A stretch of DNA of 64,000 bases, taken from positions 33,757 through 97,756 of the forward strand of contig JAQBUT010000007.1 of NCBI GenBank assembly GCA_027623195.1, given 5' to 3'. A program made the position numbers and the translations under genes. The notes under the pieces were generated by a model. The model did not search any database, was not told where the DNA came from, and saw nothing but the letters and a program-made list of their open reading frames with translations. This stretch comes from Chloroflexota bacterium. Its GTDB lineage: Bacteria > Chloroflexota > Dehalococcoidia > Lucifugimonadales > JADFKI01. Shown here in pieces: positions 63,848-64,000 of the stretch (its first letter is position 1; the number at the start of each line of letters is the position of its first letter).

Positions 63848-64000
63848 ACGACCTTCAGCGAATAAAGTTACGGAGATGTTAGCACATGTGGGTTCCACAA
63901 GTACAACCATTAAGGTGGATCTACTTATTCAAACAACAATGAGGCCAAATTAAGAGAGTCTTCCGCTACTTGGGGGCGGGTCTCAATGCCGGATGGTACT

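Overview
Bacterial chromosomal window. The gene content (F420-dependent LLM oxidoreductase, CehA/McbA-type metallohydrolase, several amidohydrolases, orphan Mo-hydroxylase large subunit, A2-type cytochrome c oxidase) suggests Chloroflexota/Dehalococcoidia, SAR202-like; this is inference. It holds tRNA-Gly(CCC) with a degenerate full-length copy, tRNA-Arg(CCT), an Fe3+ ABC transporter with a DtxR-family regulator, many catabolic enzymes, a cox operon, pncB, a CDP-sugar/C-methyltransferase/GT-C glycan cluster and hflKC-ybeY-dnaX-ybaB-recR-recO. The most striking signal is a dispersed, archaeal-style cell-surface assembly kit: a lipoprotein made of one cohesin-like domain, two proteins with C-terminal dockerin-like modules (a YWTD beta-propeller and a GH30-like/cohesin/PKD protein), and a large S8/S53-like protease with a PGF-pre-PGF domain and an in-frame amber codon. 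Other signals: reading-frame disruptions confined to surface genes, a head-to-head junction truncating two genes at ~46625, a recurrent 11-bp-period direct-repeat promoter motif, and an orphan promoter-to-terminator unit at 20658-21018. No integrase, transposase, CRISPR array or rRNA was seen. All family assignments come from reading motifs by eye; no database search was run.
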